A DNA stretch of 58,986 bases, the filler included, from Sphacelaria rigidula (taxonomy: Eukaryota): NCBI GenBank assembly GCA_964200075.2. It is 7 parts of 7 records of this genome, joined end to end, with 100 filler letters (N's around TTAATTAATTAA, not from the genome) between each part and the next. Parts side by side here need not be neighbours in the genome. Positions count along the whole stretch, not along the records: positions 8,442 to 16,782 come from CAXNAA020011457.1; positions 16,883 to 25,223 come from CAXNAA020011458.1; 5 more parts are not named here. One strand, written 5' to 3'. This document shows, one piece after another, positions 12,401 to 24,484 of the stretch (position 1 is the first letter of the stretch; each line of letters begins with the position of its first letter). A model generated the notes under the pieces. The model searched no databases. It saw only the letters and a program-made list of their open reading frames with translations, and was not told the DNA's origin. Both the position numbers and the translations under genes were made by a program.

Positions 12401-12675
12401 TTGCAGCATCAGCCCAGGCACAAGCATACGGCCGCGGACGAGGTATGCCAATGGGTATGCCGCCTGGTGGTATGCCGCCCGGTGGCATGCCTCCTGGGGG
12501 CATGCCTCCTGGGGGTAGGGGTATGCCGCCGGCCGGTTACGGAGCCCCGCCCGGTGGTATGGGTATGCCCCCTAACATGGGTAGGGGTATGCCACCGGGG
12601 TACCCTCCCCGAGGAATGCCTCCACCGGGTGGGTTCGGCCCGGGGCCTGGCATGCCTCCGCCACGATCGGGTTAA
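12401..12675 (+). CDS. SNRPB: SmB/B' terminal exon (Pro/Gly/Met/Arg-rich tail)
   Basis: ACTAAC branch at about 12319, C-rich tract, first AG at 12399-12400. Encodes AASAQAQAYGRGRGMPMG(MPPGG)x4...PPPRSG then TAA at 12673-12675, as in SmB C-terminal tails. Confidence 0.88.
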
Positions 12676-14342
12676 ACTTTTCCGAGCGTCTAGACATCGA
12701 CACCGTGGCCAAAAGGTCATTTTCCATTTGAATGTGATGCCGATGATTGGGTGGACAGACGGGTACCTCGGTGACCGTCGGGTTCGATGTGCAAGATTTG
12801 AGACGTGTTGAACCAGGTAGGACAAAATCGACCCTTGGAGAAGGTGACGGGGGCAGGGTGAGGCAAGGGGGGGCTGTTGTAGCCGGTATCTCGGACTTTG
12901 CTCTCATTACTGTGCTACTGGAGCATGACCTTGCTCCTCATATCATGTGAGGGGGGGCTTGCGGTTCGCATTCATAAGCTCAGGTAGCCAGCAGCTCCAA
13001 GGATGTATCTCCGGGGAAAAAATGAGTGAGGAGGGTGACGGAAAAACAAAGCTGCGAACGCGTCGGAAACATGAGCTGGGTATATTGTGCACTTTCCACC
13101 CGCGCCCCCCCCGTCACAACAGACAGGACAAAAAGAGGAACAAATACCGGATCTTCAAGGATAAATCACGTTAATTTTTCGTAATATTCTAGGGGAAATT
13201 GACATGAGCGCAGTTCGGTTGTGGTCGTGAGGTCTTCTACCCTTGTTACTTGTTTCTTGTCTCCGTAGCGTTGGTTTCCAGGATATGTACTGTACCTCCC
13301 GATCTCGAAAGTGACGGGCAAACGCAAGCTGACGCCGAATTTGTTGCCGTGAAAAGAGAGCGCGGATACATACATATATAGCGTTGGTGATCCGGAAGGA
13401 AGGAAGTAGGGAAACGTTAAAAAAAACATGAAAAGTGTAGTGTACAGCAGCGTAACGAAATCGTTCTTGTGTACGTTAGATTTGATGCTGGCGGACGGTG
13501 TCCTTGTCGAAACCTGGCACGAGCCCCGGCACGGGTAGAAAGGGTGCTCCAGTGTAGTTCTATGGGTTTTCTGCCTTCGGGGGTCATTGTCTGGCTCTTG
13601 ACGGGCAAGGTTTTCTCCGTCATGGGCCGACGGGACAGGTTGCGGTGAAACAGGCAAAACATGAAGGGATTCTTCGCGGCTATTGTTTGGCACACTTGAG
13701 TCGGGCAGGTTAGGTAAGGGGTGCCTGGTGAGAAAAGGAAACAAAACGCGAATCTAAGTCACCGATGGAGTACAGAGATTGAGATCTTGATGGAAATCAT
13801 GAAAGAGTTGGGCGTGTGCGATGAAGCTTATGTTTCCCTCCTCCTTTTTTTTGTCTTCGCCGTCTATATTACGCCTTTGAAGCTGTCAGTCAGTTGTGTA
13901 GTAATTTTTCTCAGCCGACTGCTTTACTCCGAGAGGGGGGAAGGAAGGGAACGGCGAGTGACACCTGTGCCGGCGTTTTTTTGCCTTCTTCACCACTCCG
14001 GATGGATTGCGGCTATACTCGTTTTCACGAGGATTGTTTTGATGATCACAGGGTCAAAAATTGTCGCCATAAATAGGGGTGAAAAATAAATGGTTTGCTT
14101 TTTATGGGAAGAAAAAGAAAAGTGGAATGGGGAAAGACAAAGCGTACAACAGGCACCAAGTCAATGTGGTACTGTTGTACTACTTGTGTGCTGTAGTAAG
14201 GGGATGCCAAGAATTCGCCCTGCTTTGCTATGAACACGATGACTCAAGATGTCGAGTGTGTCGGAATGGTACCGAATGGCGGGGTTCTCTTTTTTCCCCC
14301 CATATTTCCTCCCTCTCGCCTCGTGAATCCGTGGCGGATTTG

Positions 14343-14515
14343 TCGGAACCATTCGCGATAAAAAATAAAAAGGCAAGCACCGCAGAAGGAAGGTGGGGTA
14401 CTAAAAACAAATGAAGGAGAAAAGGCTCCTGTGTTGACCTTCCTCCTGTGTGACCCCGGCTGATGCGCCCACATATACCGAAAGGTGTAGACTGACGTCC
14501 AGAGTAGATGGGACA

Positions 14516-14566
<51 letters not shown>
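14343..14566 (+). mobile_element. tRNA-derived SINE family A, 5'-truncated copy with (CA)n tail
   Basis: Body matches copies at 15913-16250, 20867-21219 and 51000-51375. Ends GACGTCCAGAGTAGATGGGACAA followed by about 25 CA repeats. Confidence 0.75.
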
Positions 14567-14567
<1 letters not shown>

Positions 14568-14926
14568 TTGGTTGTGTGTGCTTCAATTTACTCTGTTGCT
14601 CTCTTCTTTTGTCCATTCGCGTTTTAGTTTTGTCTTCATTTTGTGATGACGCACATTATTTTATTTTGGGACAGGAATTAATCATGTTCTTATCTCCTGC
14701 TTTCCCAGAAGGACAGAAATTCCAAATTTATATCTTCGAGTAGTGTGATTCCGTTTTCGGAATCATAACGTGTTATTCATATCAACATGTCATACTTGCA
14801 GTACGATGAAATAATGAAGGGGAGATCAGATGATTGAAAATGAACATATATATAAAAACATGGAAGGAATGGCGAACGGGAAACAAGATATGAAACATGG
14901 AGCGATGGACTACACACCATGGTGCA

Positions 14927-15222
14927 CAACGTTTTCGTGAAATTGAGAGTAGAGGATACGATTGAGAGTGAAAAGCGGTCAATTAGTAAATGAATCGTTT
15001 TAGTTCCGAAATGCCCCTCCGCGAGGCGCGATATTCTTCCTGTAGTAGCTTGCCACTAAGGCGCTTGATATCAATGAGTAGGATATCGACGTGTAGCTGA
15101 AAGCACACGCCGGTGATGGACGCAAAGAAAAGCACACACTGAATAAAAAATTGGCCAAGTTACGGCAAATGATCAAAGCCGCTCTCAATCAACCCTCTAC
15201 TCTCATTCTCACGAAAAGCTTG
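14927..15222. mobile_element. About 300-nt MITE, hAT-like ends
   Basis: CAACGTTTTCGTGAAATTGAGAGTAGAG ... CTCTACTCTCATTCTCACGAAAAGCTTG. Homologous copy in opposite orientation at 38202-38503. 8-nt flanks ATGGTGCA/TTGGTACT match only partly. Confidence 0.7.
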
Positions 15223-15912
15223 TTGGTACTGGTTCTGGTTCGATATATGTCTGACACAAAGGAAGAAAATGTCGACAGTAACGACGGGCGGCCGTAAAGA
15301 ACGGCGGCGGAGTATGAGTATACTGTTGAAGACTGTAATATATATGACTGATGCCACGATACCTCCCCCACCCCCCCTCCCCCGAAAAAAAAAGACTCCA
15401 GAACTGTCGCGAAGAAAATTGCCATCCAGCGCATGACGGCCGATTCAAGGCTGCTTGAAGCGCTCTATATGGGCAACATTGGCGAAAACGGTCTCAAACG
15501 TGGAAGTTCCCGACTGCTCGGTGCGCTCGCCTTTTTGTTTTTCTTCCTTCACATGTAGATTTTGCATACATACTCGAACCAGCTAGCCTGCAATCCGCAG
15601 GCCCCCGTGGTTGAATAGAAAAATAAACAAAATATCAAGAACCGTCCGTCCACTTCCTCCACGATTGGCTGTCGATCGACTGTAACGTTAGCCTTTGGAA
15701 CGAGAAAGCATGAAGTAAACCTGGCGGCACCTGATGGACAAAATACCCCGATTTCACCGTATAGCACGTATATTGGCAATAACAACGTTTGGTCGCGGCA
15801 CTGAACCGCAACAATGACAGGAAACATCGTCGACGACGCAGTGTGCTATCAGAGCTCACGACCCGCAACACTTTTACTTTTCCGGAGAAACACCGACGGT
15901 TCCGGATTGGGG

Positions 15913-16250
15913 GTGTATGTGTGTTCTGTCGTCCCATCTGTGCTGGACGCCAGTCTAGACCTTTCGGTACGTGTGGGGGCGCATCAGCAGAGGTCACACG
16001 GGAGGAAGGTCAAGCCGAGAGTTTTAGTTTTGTTTTAGTACTCCACTTTTCTTCTGCGGTGCTTGCCCATCTCTTTAATCGCGTTAGGGGTTCAGCGGTC
16101 CCTTCCCTCGTCGACAGTAAAGACGAATTTCTTGTACTCACGACATGGTCGCTCTCCACTGTTGGGCATTGTGTGAGAAAAAATCCCAGATCGTGTGACT
16201 TCGTCGAGAATCGAACCCACGACCCAACTGTTCGAAGATTCGAGGTTCAC
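15913..16250 (-). mobile_element. tRNA-derived SINE family A copy (head partly lost)
   Basis: Minus strand contains B-box GGGTTCGATTC, the shared body and a CA-rich tail. Confidence 0.75.
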
Positions 16251-16338
16251 TTTTATCGCAGGCACGAATCTCGATTTTTTTTTAGTCGGGGGGACAAAAA
16301 ATCGGGGAACGCATTATATGGACACGGATTTGGACCAT

Positions 16339-16423
16339 ATCGGGGGGGCACGATCTCGGAACGGTTTCCCCCGATTTTTCGGGAAAATCGGGGGAAATCG
16401 TTCCGAGATCGTGACCCTCCGAT
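16339..16423. repeat. Near-perfect 85-nt palindrome
   Basis: CACGATCTCGGAACGGTTTCCCCCGATTTT pairs with AAAATCGGGGGAAATCGTTCCGAGATCGTG across a very short loop. Confidence 0.85.
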
Positions 16424-16882
16424 TTTTTAGGTGACGTACGCGCTTTGACGTACACTGGCAGAGTACGAGGCGTTTGATATTTTTGCAATGGCAGAAGACA
16501 GTCTCCTGACAGCGCAGGGCATGCGTGCTGCCCGCCGCAGCTGCTGAAGCAACTTCGCACGGGGTTTGACAGGCGGATAATAAGTGCTGACGCCGTGCCC
16601 TGGGGCGACGGTAATATTTTATGCTGCGCTGCGCTGCGCTGCGCTGCCGTGTGCATCACTATAACGAACGCTACTGTACTCTCCCAGCTGTTGTCGCTGT
16701 ACTTGAGGGGTGATGTACGGCACTACACTGATGAACTCTGCTCGCGCACTGTTTGTTCTCTGTTCTCGCAATACCGACTGTGNNNNNNNNNNNNNNNNNN
16801 NNNNNNNNNNNNNNNNNNNNNNNNNNTTAATTAATTAANNNNNNNNNNNNNNNNNNNNNNNNNNNNNNNNNNNNNNNNNNNN

Positions 16883-16951
16883 AAATCAAATCGGACATCG
16901 TTAAGGGCTCGTACAAACATAACGATACAGACTTATGGGACAGAGGAAGTA
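16883..16951. mobile_element. Right end of Stowaway/mariner-like element
   Basis: CGGACATCGTTAAGGGCTCGTACAAA...ATGGGACAGAGGAAG then TA and (TA)n. Same end at 26930-26990 and, reversed, at 43419-43480. Confidence 0.7.
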
Positions 16952-17482
16952 TATATATATATATATGTTGTCATGCAATACTTCACGATCATAACACGAG
17001 AAATATATGTTGTTGCTTCAATACCTCCGAGGACATCTTAACACAAATGACGATATTTGCGCTGTCTCGAATACAACGTATTGGTATCATATTGGAACAT
17101 ATTGTATTGTCCAGGGTATAACCAACACAGAACCAGCGACCACAGGGGCACCAAAAGACCCCTATCGACCCGCGCTTTTTCTGTCGTCCTAATGTTTACC
17201 GAAGATATATTACATGCTGTGAAGGGGATGGGCGGCCCCGGACCAATGGCCAGATAGGTATCAGAAGGCATATATACCGGGTCGCCTCTTCTGCCACCAT
17301 ATTTTCTGACCAGTATATATATATATATCAAACGAATTCGACAACTCTTCGTAGCAATGCACGCGAACTGCTGCCACTCCCTTCGAAGCGTTTCCCAATC
17401 TGCACGGGCTCCGGCATCCACCGCGTCTGGATCTTTCTTGAAGTGTACACCATACTTATATTGTCCAAAGGTACCAATACTT

Positions 17483-17565
17483 ATTACGCCGGCAATATAT
17501 CGCAGAATTTCATTGTGATCGGCTCATATATATTGAAAACATATGGTATTGTCTAGGGTGTGAAG
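17483..17565. repeat. Dispersed repeat (ATTACGCCGGCAATATATCGC...ATTGTCYAGGGTGTGAA)
   Basis: Close copy at about 40774-40855; weaker relatives at about 17085-17120 and 55393-55480. Confidence 0.6.
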
Positions 17566-17574
17566 GTGAGCGAA

Positions 17575-20500
17575 TCAACCACATCAACAAGGCGTGCGTG
17601 GCACAAGAAACATCAGGCGAGATTGTATCGTTGACTAGGTCTAGGGAAAAGGCTATCTTGGTACAAGAAAAGCATGAGGGGGGTGGAATAGGGATAGCTG
17701 ATAGTGGGTCTTCGTGTATGACTACTCCTGTGAAGGAGGGTATATCCAATTATGTCAAGACCGATAGTAATGTCGGATTGACCATAGCAAATGAAACAAC
17801 ACTTCCCATCATGGGGTATGGGACCTTGACTTGACTTTTCCAGATTGACGGTTCTGAGTTCCGATTACATCTCGGAAACGTAGCACACGTATCTAGTACC
17901 TCATGGTGGCGGCTGACAATGACCACCCACCACTGGAACAAAAGTCAGGAGTACGCGTATCCATGAATAATGGGCAGGATTTGGTTTTCCCTCGCGAAGG
18001 GAGTATGAACACAATCCGTGCTACTCGCCTCTCGTCGCCCCCAAGCTCGTTGGATGGTGATTTTGATTGACCCAAAAACGAGTTTGCCAAAGCTGTGCTA
18101 GCCGCTGGCGTTTTATCCGATAATGGTCCCGTCGACGTTAATTTGTTCCACCAATCGTGCGGTCACCTGAACGCGGTACCGCTTTGAGAAACGGTTGAGG
18201 CTCTTGGTGTGGTACTTGAGAGAGAGCTGGAGCCATGCCATGGGTGTTCGCTGGCGAAGGGTCTACCACCGCCGATCCCACGGGAGACGACCACACGTGC
18301 ACAACAACGTTTTCCTTCGCGGGGAGGAAGAGAGACTTCGCTGGGTACAAGTAGAGAGCACAACTCCGACGACGGAGTCACGGAAGAAGAAACGGTCCGG
18401 GTTCCAATGCCCGTGACACGTTCACGTGTGAGGTGGGCCGATACCAGCGATGGTGATTCCACCGAAGAAGATACTCGAGCAGGGAGGGCAGTATACAAAC
18501 ATCCCTGGTGGATTCATCCTCGGCTGAAGAATCATTAAGCGGGGGGGGCAAGGATGGTGAACTTGATGCTGCGTGGGACACCGACTTCCGCGAAACGGGT
18601 GATCAAGCACCGCGTGCGCTTGGTCGCACCCGGCAACAAACTCGCGTTCAGCAATAGCAAGTATCACCGATAAAGGAAGATGGTGAGCTGGGCGACAGCA
18701 ACATCAGCGAGGCGGGGATGAGCTCTCTTGACCCTGAACCGCCACCTAGTCTCACACCAAGAGTACTTACTGCGTATGCTTGCCAAAATAACCTCGACAT
18801 GTACCACGGGGATGTAGAATAGGCATCCATACTGTCATGCGTGAGAGGACCGCGTGCTTAGAGGACCGCATCGGAATTTGAACAACCCTATGGTTAGTGT
18901 TGGGGTTAGGGTCAGGGGCTTGGTACCTGCAGGGACTGACCCGATTTGTTTTGAAACGCGTCGATCCTGAGGTGTTTTGAACTACGGCGCGGTCCGCTAA
19001 GCACGCGGTCCTCTCACGCATTACACATACAGTCACCCATTGAGGAGGAGATATGCGTACGTTCAACCGATGGCTGTGGAGATCTGTCTGAGCGATTCGT
19101 GAAAGTCTTGAAGGCTCTTTATGGCCTGAAACAAGCAGGTAGAGCTTGGAATGCTACGCTTGTGACAGGCCTCAAGGAATACGGGTTTGAGCAGTGAGTG
19201 CATGACCGAACCATGCATTTTGAGGTCGATGTAGAGAAATGACTTGAAGGCACTGCTCACTGTGCACGTTGATGATCTCCTTATCGCGTGTGACAAGGAA
19301 CAGTGTAACAAGATCAAGGAGGCTTTGGTAATGAACTTTCCCACAAAGGATCTAGGAGAATTGGCTTTTCACCGGCGTTGTGCGTACGAGCGCAACTGGG
19401 AAAATGCTATAATCAAGAATTCGCCGTACGCATTTGTCGATAAAATCATCGATAAGTTTCATGTCACGCGCACAGCCCATACCCCCGCATCTGTTTCAAC
19501 CACAAAGAAGACACAGATAAAAAAGGGGGTATCCGAGGTGGATGTGCCGTAAAGGCAGGCGGTGAAAGCGTTAATGTGGCTGGCAAATAACGATCGCCCC
19601 GACATCGCGGACGCTGTGAGGGAAGTGTCGCAACACAGTCATGATTTCACACATGATTTAGGTATCACGTACGAACGTGGTAGGCAAGAGAGACCAGTGG
19701 TGTACGCCGACGCGGACGATGCTATTTCGGAGGAACGGCGTTTTGTAACAGGAGGTGTTTTGATCTCTAGTGGTGCGATTGTGGTAGGTGTATCGAGAAC
19801 GGTATGATTGTCCAGTAGTGAAGCAGACTACGTAGCAGCTGGCGAGGTGGCTTGAGAGGTACTGTTCGTGCGGGGTATTCTCATATCCATTCAACTGGAT
19901 GTCGAGGAGAAGAGCACTACGATCCCGCTCACAACTATATTACCAAGAACTAAGTAAGAAAACTCGGTCCCGCCTGGAAAAAAACTTACTCAGCCGCGCA
20001 CAGGCGCCGCTAAATCACCTTCTAAGCAATTAAAAAACCAAGAGTTGGAATCCCTCCTCAACACGTCTCATATATGCTAGCCCTTTCGCGTAAAAGACCG
20101 GTTTCGCCGTTCAGTTTACAAAACAAAGTAACCCAAAAAATCGACAAAAATAAAAGTAGCCAACACAGATGTCAACTACTCAGCCTACTTGATATTCATA
20201 GAGAAATCTCCGTGGTAGTCGAAACTCAGTTTTGTCAAAGCCTCCTATGTCCGCATCATGTTCTTCTGATCGTATGTATTCGAGACGAATTTTACCATCT
20301 TTGACTAGTTCATGCAGAAAATGAAGGCGTACATCAATATGTTTACTCCGATCACTACGCAACGGGTTGTTGGCGAGTTGAATGGAAACCTGGTTATTTT
20401 CAAACACCGTAGTGCTCTTCTCCTCGAAATCCCGTTGAATGGATCCGAGAATACCCCGCACGAACAGTACCTCCCAAGCCACCTCGGAAGAGCAAGATGC

Positions 20501-20827
20501 GGACATAGAACGCTTTGACAAAACTGAGTTTCGACTACCACAGAGATTTCACTATGAATATCAAGTAGGCTGAGTAGTTTACATCTGTGTTAGCTATTTT
20601 TATTTTTGTCGATTTTTTGGGTTACTTTGTTTTGTATACTGAACGGCGTAATCGGTCTTTTACGCGAAAGGGCTTGCATATATGAGACGTGTTGAGGAGG
20701 GGATTCCAACACTTGGTTTTTTAATTGCTTAGAAGGTGATTTAGCGGCGCCTGTGCGCGGCTGAGTAAGTTTTTTTCCAGGCGGGACCGGGTTTTCTTGC
20801 TTAGTTCTTGGTAATATAGGTGTGAAC
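17575..20827 (+). mobile_element. Decayed, internally deleted and rearranged Ty1/copia LTR retrotransposon
   Basis: Protease IADSGSSCMT..GLTIANETTLPIMGYG; GAG-pre-integrase FHQSCGHLN..CHGCSLAK; RT LKALYGLKQAGRAWN, VHVDDLLI, KDLGEL, LMWLANNDRPDIADAV; RNase H YADAD, LSSSEADYVAA, ENNQ..RSKHIDVRLHF (last part inverted). PR-IN-RT-RH order is copia. Integrase core absent; many stops. Confidence 0.92.
18833..19025. mobile_element. 193-nt MITE with TGT..ACA termini, 37-nt TIRs and 5-bp TSD (CATAC)
   Basis: TIRs differ at 2 of 37 positions. CATAC at 18828-18832 and 19026-19030. Removing the element plus one CATAC restores the copia RT frame DVE*ASIQSPIEEEICVR..DGCG..LKALYGLKQA. Confidence 0.9.
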
Positions 20828-20866
20828 AGGACGTCAGTCCGTTGATACTGAGAAGGACCAAGGTAG

Positions 20867-21219
20867 AGTGTTGCCGTCCCTTTTATTCTGGGCGCCGGTC
20901 TACACCCTTCGGTATATGTGGACGCACCAGCCGGGGTCACACGGGAGGAAGGTCAACACAGGAGTTTCTTCTTTTTATTTGTTTTTAGTACCCCACCTTC
21001 CTCCTGCGGTGCTTGCCTTTCTTTTTTATCGCGAGAGGTGGTCAGTAGTCCCTTTCACTCGTCGACCCTTAAGTCGCCTTTTGTGTACCCACGACCTCGT
21101 CGCTCTCCACCGTTGAGCATTGTGTGAGAAAGAAATCCCAGATCGCTCCGAGAATTGAATTCACGACCCAGCCATCAGAAAGTTTCGAGGTTACCAACTG
21201 AGCCACCGGGGCGACCGGC
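20867..21219 (-). mobile_element. tRNA-derived SINE family A, near full length
   Basis: Minus-strand head GCCGGTCGCCCCGGTGGCTCAGTTGGTAACC (A box), degenerate B box GAATTCAATTC, then the shared body. Confidence 0.8.
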
Positions 21220-21639
21220 TTAGTGTGAGATGTTGGAGTTGGTTATCATTCTCATATCTACGAGTATTGACCACATATATAGGGCTATTAGGTAGAGCTT
21301 CATTTTCTGTGGAACATTCTTCATGGTTCACAGGCACATACCTGTACGTATTGTAGGAAGGGACATGTTGTGGGCGAGGGGATCCGTTTATGGTACCCAG
21401 TGCTCTCACTCCTCTTCTCTCCTCTACTTCCTTATACAGGCTACCTATTTCCCTTCTGGAAAGACGACCTGCAAGCGTATGCGGGTGCGTTTAATAGTAT
21501 ATCTGTGTGTTGAGTCATTTTTGTCTTGTCCTGCACTACACTGCGCGGCACCTGTATAAGAGACTATCGAGTCATTCAAACAAGTGTAGCTCGCGTGCCG
21601 CGGTGACACAGTCGTCACGTCTGTTGCGTACCCGAGGTT

Positions 21640-22800
21640 GAATTATGCGACAGTAGCACCATCAGTTGCGACACCTTCAGGGAGTGGGTGACAATGCACA
21701 CGGTGTGGGCCATAATTTCGTCATTTTCGCCGATGCCCGGCACCGGTCAACCGTCGTCCCGAGCCGTGAATGCAACGGGTCTAGTTGCGAAAAATGTGGT
21801 GGCCGAAACGACAAACCTATCGTACACACCTCCAAAACTGCTGCCGACACTTCCCGTACCGCTGGCAGCAACTCCGCATTTTCCCGAAACAGTCGCGGAG
21901 GTACCGGCAACAGTTGCGGGGGTATCGGCAACGATACCAAGGGTTTGGACGATAGTCAATGCCTAGGTGTCGGCGCCCATCGCTAGGTGGTGCAGGTGTG
22001 ACTGCCGCCCACATATTCGCAATCATCACCGACAAACTCGCAACTATCGGCTACTGTGTCGTAGCTGTCAGCCAACAGGTGCGTACGTGTCGGCGACGAC
22101 ACAGCTACGGCTGTGTGGGCAACGGTGGTGTAGGGGTCGGCTACAGTTGCCGAAGTGTTGATGACTGATACTTACCAAAATGTCGGTGAAAGCGTCGTTG
22201 GTGTCGGCGACCATCAATGGGTATGGGTGACGGTGTCGCCCACACGATCATCACCGTTATCGGCTCTTGCAGTCTTGTCGATGACAGGATCCGAGGTGTT
22301 GGGATCGGCTACGGTTGGAAACGTGTGGGCAATAGTGCCGTAGCTTCGCCGAATAGTCTCAGGCGTGAACCACAGCGTTGCCCACATCCCCGCGACTGTC
22401 GCCAACCCCTAGACCGCCGCGGCCAACCCATTTAAATATGTAACTGTCGGCGTCGGCATTCGGATACTTGTTAGGTGTCCCCGACAGTTATGGCAAGAAC
22501 ATCGCCGAAACGACTTGCCGCAACTTCCGCCGTGAGTGCTAGCGATGATAGCGCGGGTATGCGCAGCATGCGTTTGCGAGTGTCACCGGTACCTGCCGCA
22601 GCTGTCGGCGCAGTGTCCGCGGTAGCTCAAGTGTGGCCGGCATCGGCAGGAACTTTGGCTGACCCTGGCGGGAGCTGGCATTCACACGGATTCCAAGTGG
22701 CAGCCACACCACCGGACTGCCGCCGGCACTTTCTGGGACAGTCGCGGCAGTACAATTGCCGGCAGAATTTCCGTCGGGTATCTCCGCAATTTTCGAAACG
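21640..22800. repeat. Degenerate GC-rich array of short GTGTCGGCGAC / GTCGCCGACAC-like motifs
   Basis: Motif variants in both orientations, for example at about 21843, 21967, 22087, 22201, 22233, 22398, 22445, 22476 and 22603. No coherent ORF. Confidence 0.55.
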
Positions 22801-23279
22801 ATGCTACCCCCCTGCGGCCATCAAATTCCTCCCACGAGTGAACCATAATCGATTCTGTATCTTGGGGATCCTGTGTGTGAACGTCGGCTCGTAAGTCGCC
22901 CAAAGGCCATGGACCAGTTGACCATCATTTTGCGCGTTCGCCGTTACACTGTCCTTCAGACCCAGAGGACATGACCGTTGATCGCAGGTGTCACAATGCA
23001 TGCCACTGATTCGACGGTGCCTTATTACGTTCAGTCTCCATGTAACATTGTCACAACATGGTACGGGCTGGGCCAGTAGTAAATCCCGCATTCGCTTTCC
23101 ACACCACAACTTCTCAAGTTTTCCAAATCAGCGCGACTTGAACATATCCTGTATCGCTGTGAAGTGGAGACCAACCTCGTAACCGGTAACACACGGCACC
23201 GCCGCTGAATGAAGAAAAATACTGAAACAAATGTACTGCATCATACATTACCTTAACGACGGACGAAAAAGAAGAGAAT

Positions 23280-23352
23280 ATGTCGGGATTCGAACTGATG
23301 ACCTCAATAATTGGAGTCTCCTGTCGTATCACTTGAATTAAGCAGGCGCAGC
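23280..23352 (-). pseudogene. Degenerate tRNA-like sequence (SINE head or tRNA pseudogene)
   Basis: Minus strand GCCTGCTTAATTCAAGTGATA...GACTCCAATT..GAGGTCATCAGTTCGAATCCC has A-box-like and B-box (GTTCGAATCC) elements at tRNA spacing. The acceptor stem does not close. Confidence 0.45.
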
Positions 23353-23930
23353 CGTGTCACACGCAGGGTACGACGCGAAGTCCGATTCGAGGTATTTTTG
23401 GCCGAAAATTCATCGGGATGTCGTCGACGCGAGTGCCCGTATGTGTTGGACCGCCATCGTCATTTTTTTCAGTTTTGAAGTAAGTGATAGCAGTTGGTCT
23501 AACTTCCTGTTTTTTCTTAATCCGCTCTGCACCACGAATAGGGTTGCGCAGCAGGTTGATGATGAACAATACCGTGTCATAATTTCAGCGCCTAACTCTT
23601 TAAATTACCAACGGCATCTGATTCTCTACTCTTCGTTCAAAAATCACTGTCAGCTGACCCAGTTCGTGATAACGCTCCGACTGTCACCATGAGGGTGCAG
23701 AGAACGTGAGTTCGACTCCTGTCAGATGCGTCGGGTTTCTTCTTCGAAGTACAGTATCTGATTTCCACCGTCGAACGGGAGGGGTATACGTAGGTACACA
23801 AAAAAAGTCGTTGACTCGGTCTGATCAACGACAGCCAGTTGACGCGGTGCGAGAGTGCTGATACAATCCGCGATACTCAAATGCAAGGCTTGTACACGAG
23901 TGCACACTCATTCACTCCTTGCCGCATTAA

Positions 23931-24087
23931 CCCTTACGGGACCGGACTCCAAGAAACATGGTGCTTGCACGCAGGGGCTTTTTTGTGAATCGGCATTATG
24001 ATGAGTCGTTTTCGACTAAATCGGCATCAATTTCATTTGAGAAAGGACGCGTGATCCAGATGGACTACCCGCATCGCGGTCTAAGGG
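23931..24087. mobile_element. piggyBac-like MITE (chimeric ends)
   Basis: TTAA|CCCTTA ... TAAGGG|TTGA. Left half resembles 38716-38877; right half resembles the reverse of 38956-39055. Confidence 0.7.
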
Positions 24088-24484
24088 TTGATAGTCATTT
24101 GACGATTCACCACGCATGCACTTCTTTCGAGACGCAGCGTCGTTCCTACTCCTAACAAGATGGCGGCTAGCGGGAAACACAAAATTGCCCTGCAACGGTC
24201 TCAACGAGTAGAGCAAGTCATGCCAAGGTGTCAGCATCCGCTCAGCCCTCTCCGGGCGTGAAACGACGAAGAAGGGCGCAAGAGGTGGTTTCCAACAGGA
24301 ATTTTGAACAGCTCCCAGTAGAGTTGGTCTGATAGAGGAGTACACCTCAGATTGAAGGCCACGTAGGCATCTGCGTGTTGTGGTACACTCCGTCTGTGGG
24401 CACCTTGTTGCTGTGAACAGCCTTTTAGTGTAGTCTGCAGTACTGACAAACCACGGTACACAGGTATCTGTCTTTCCTCGACAG

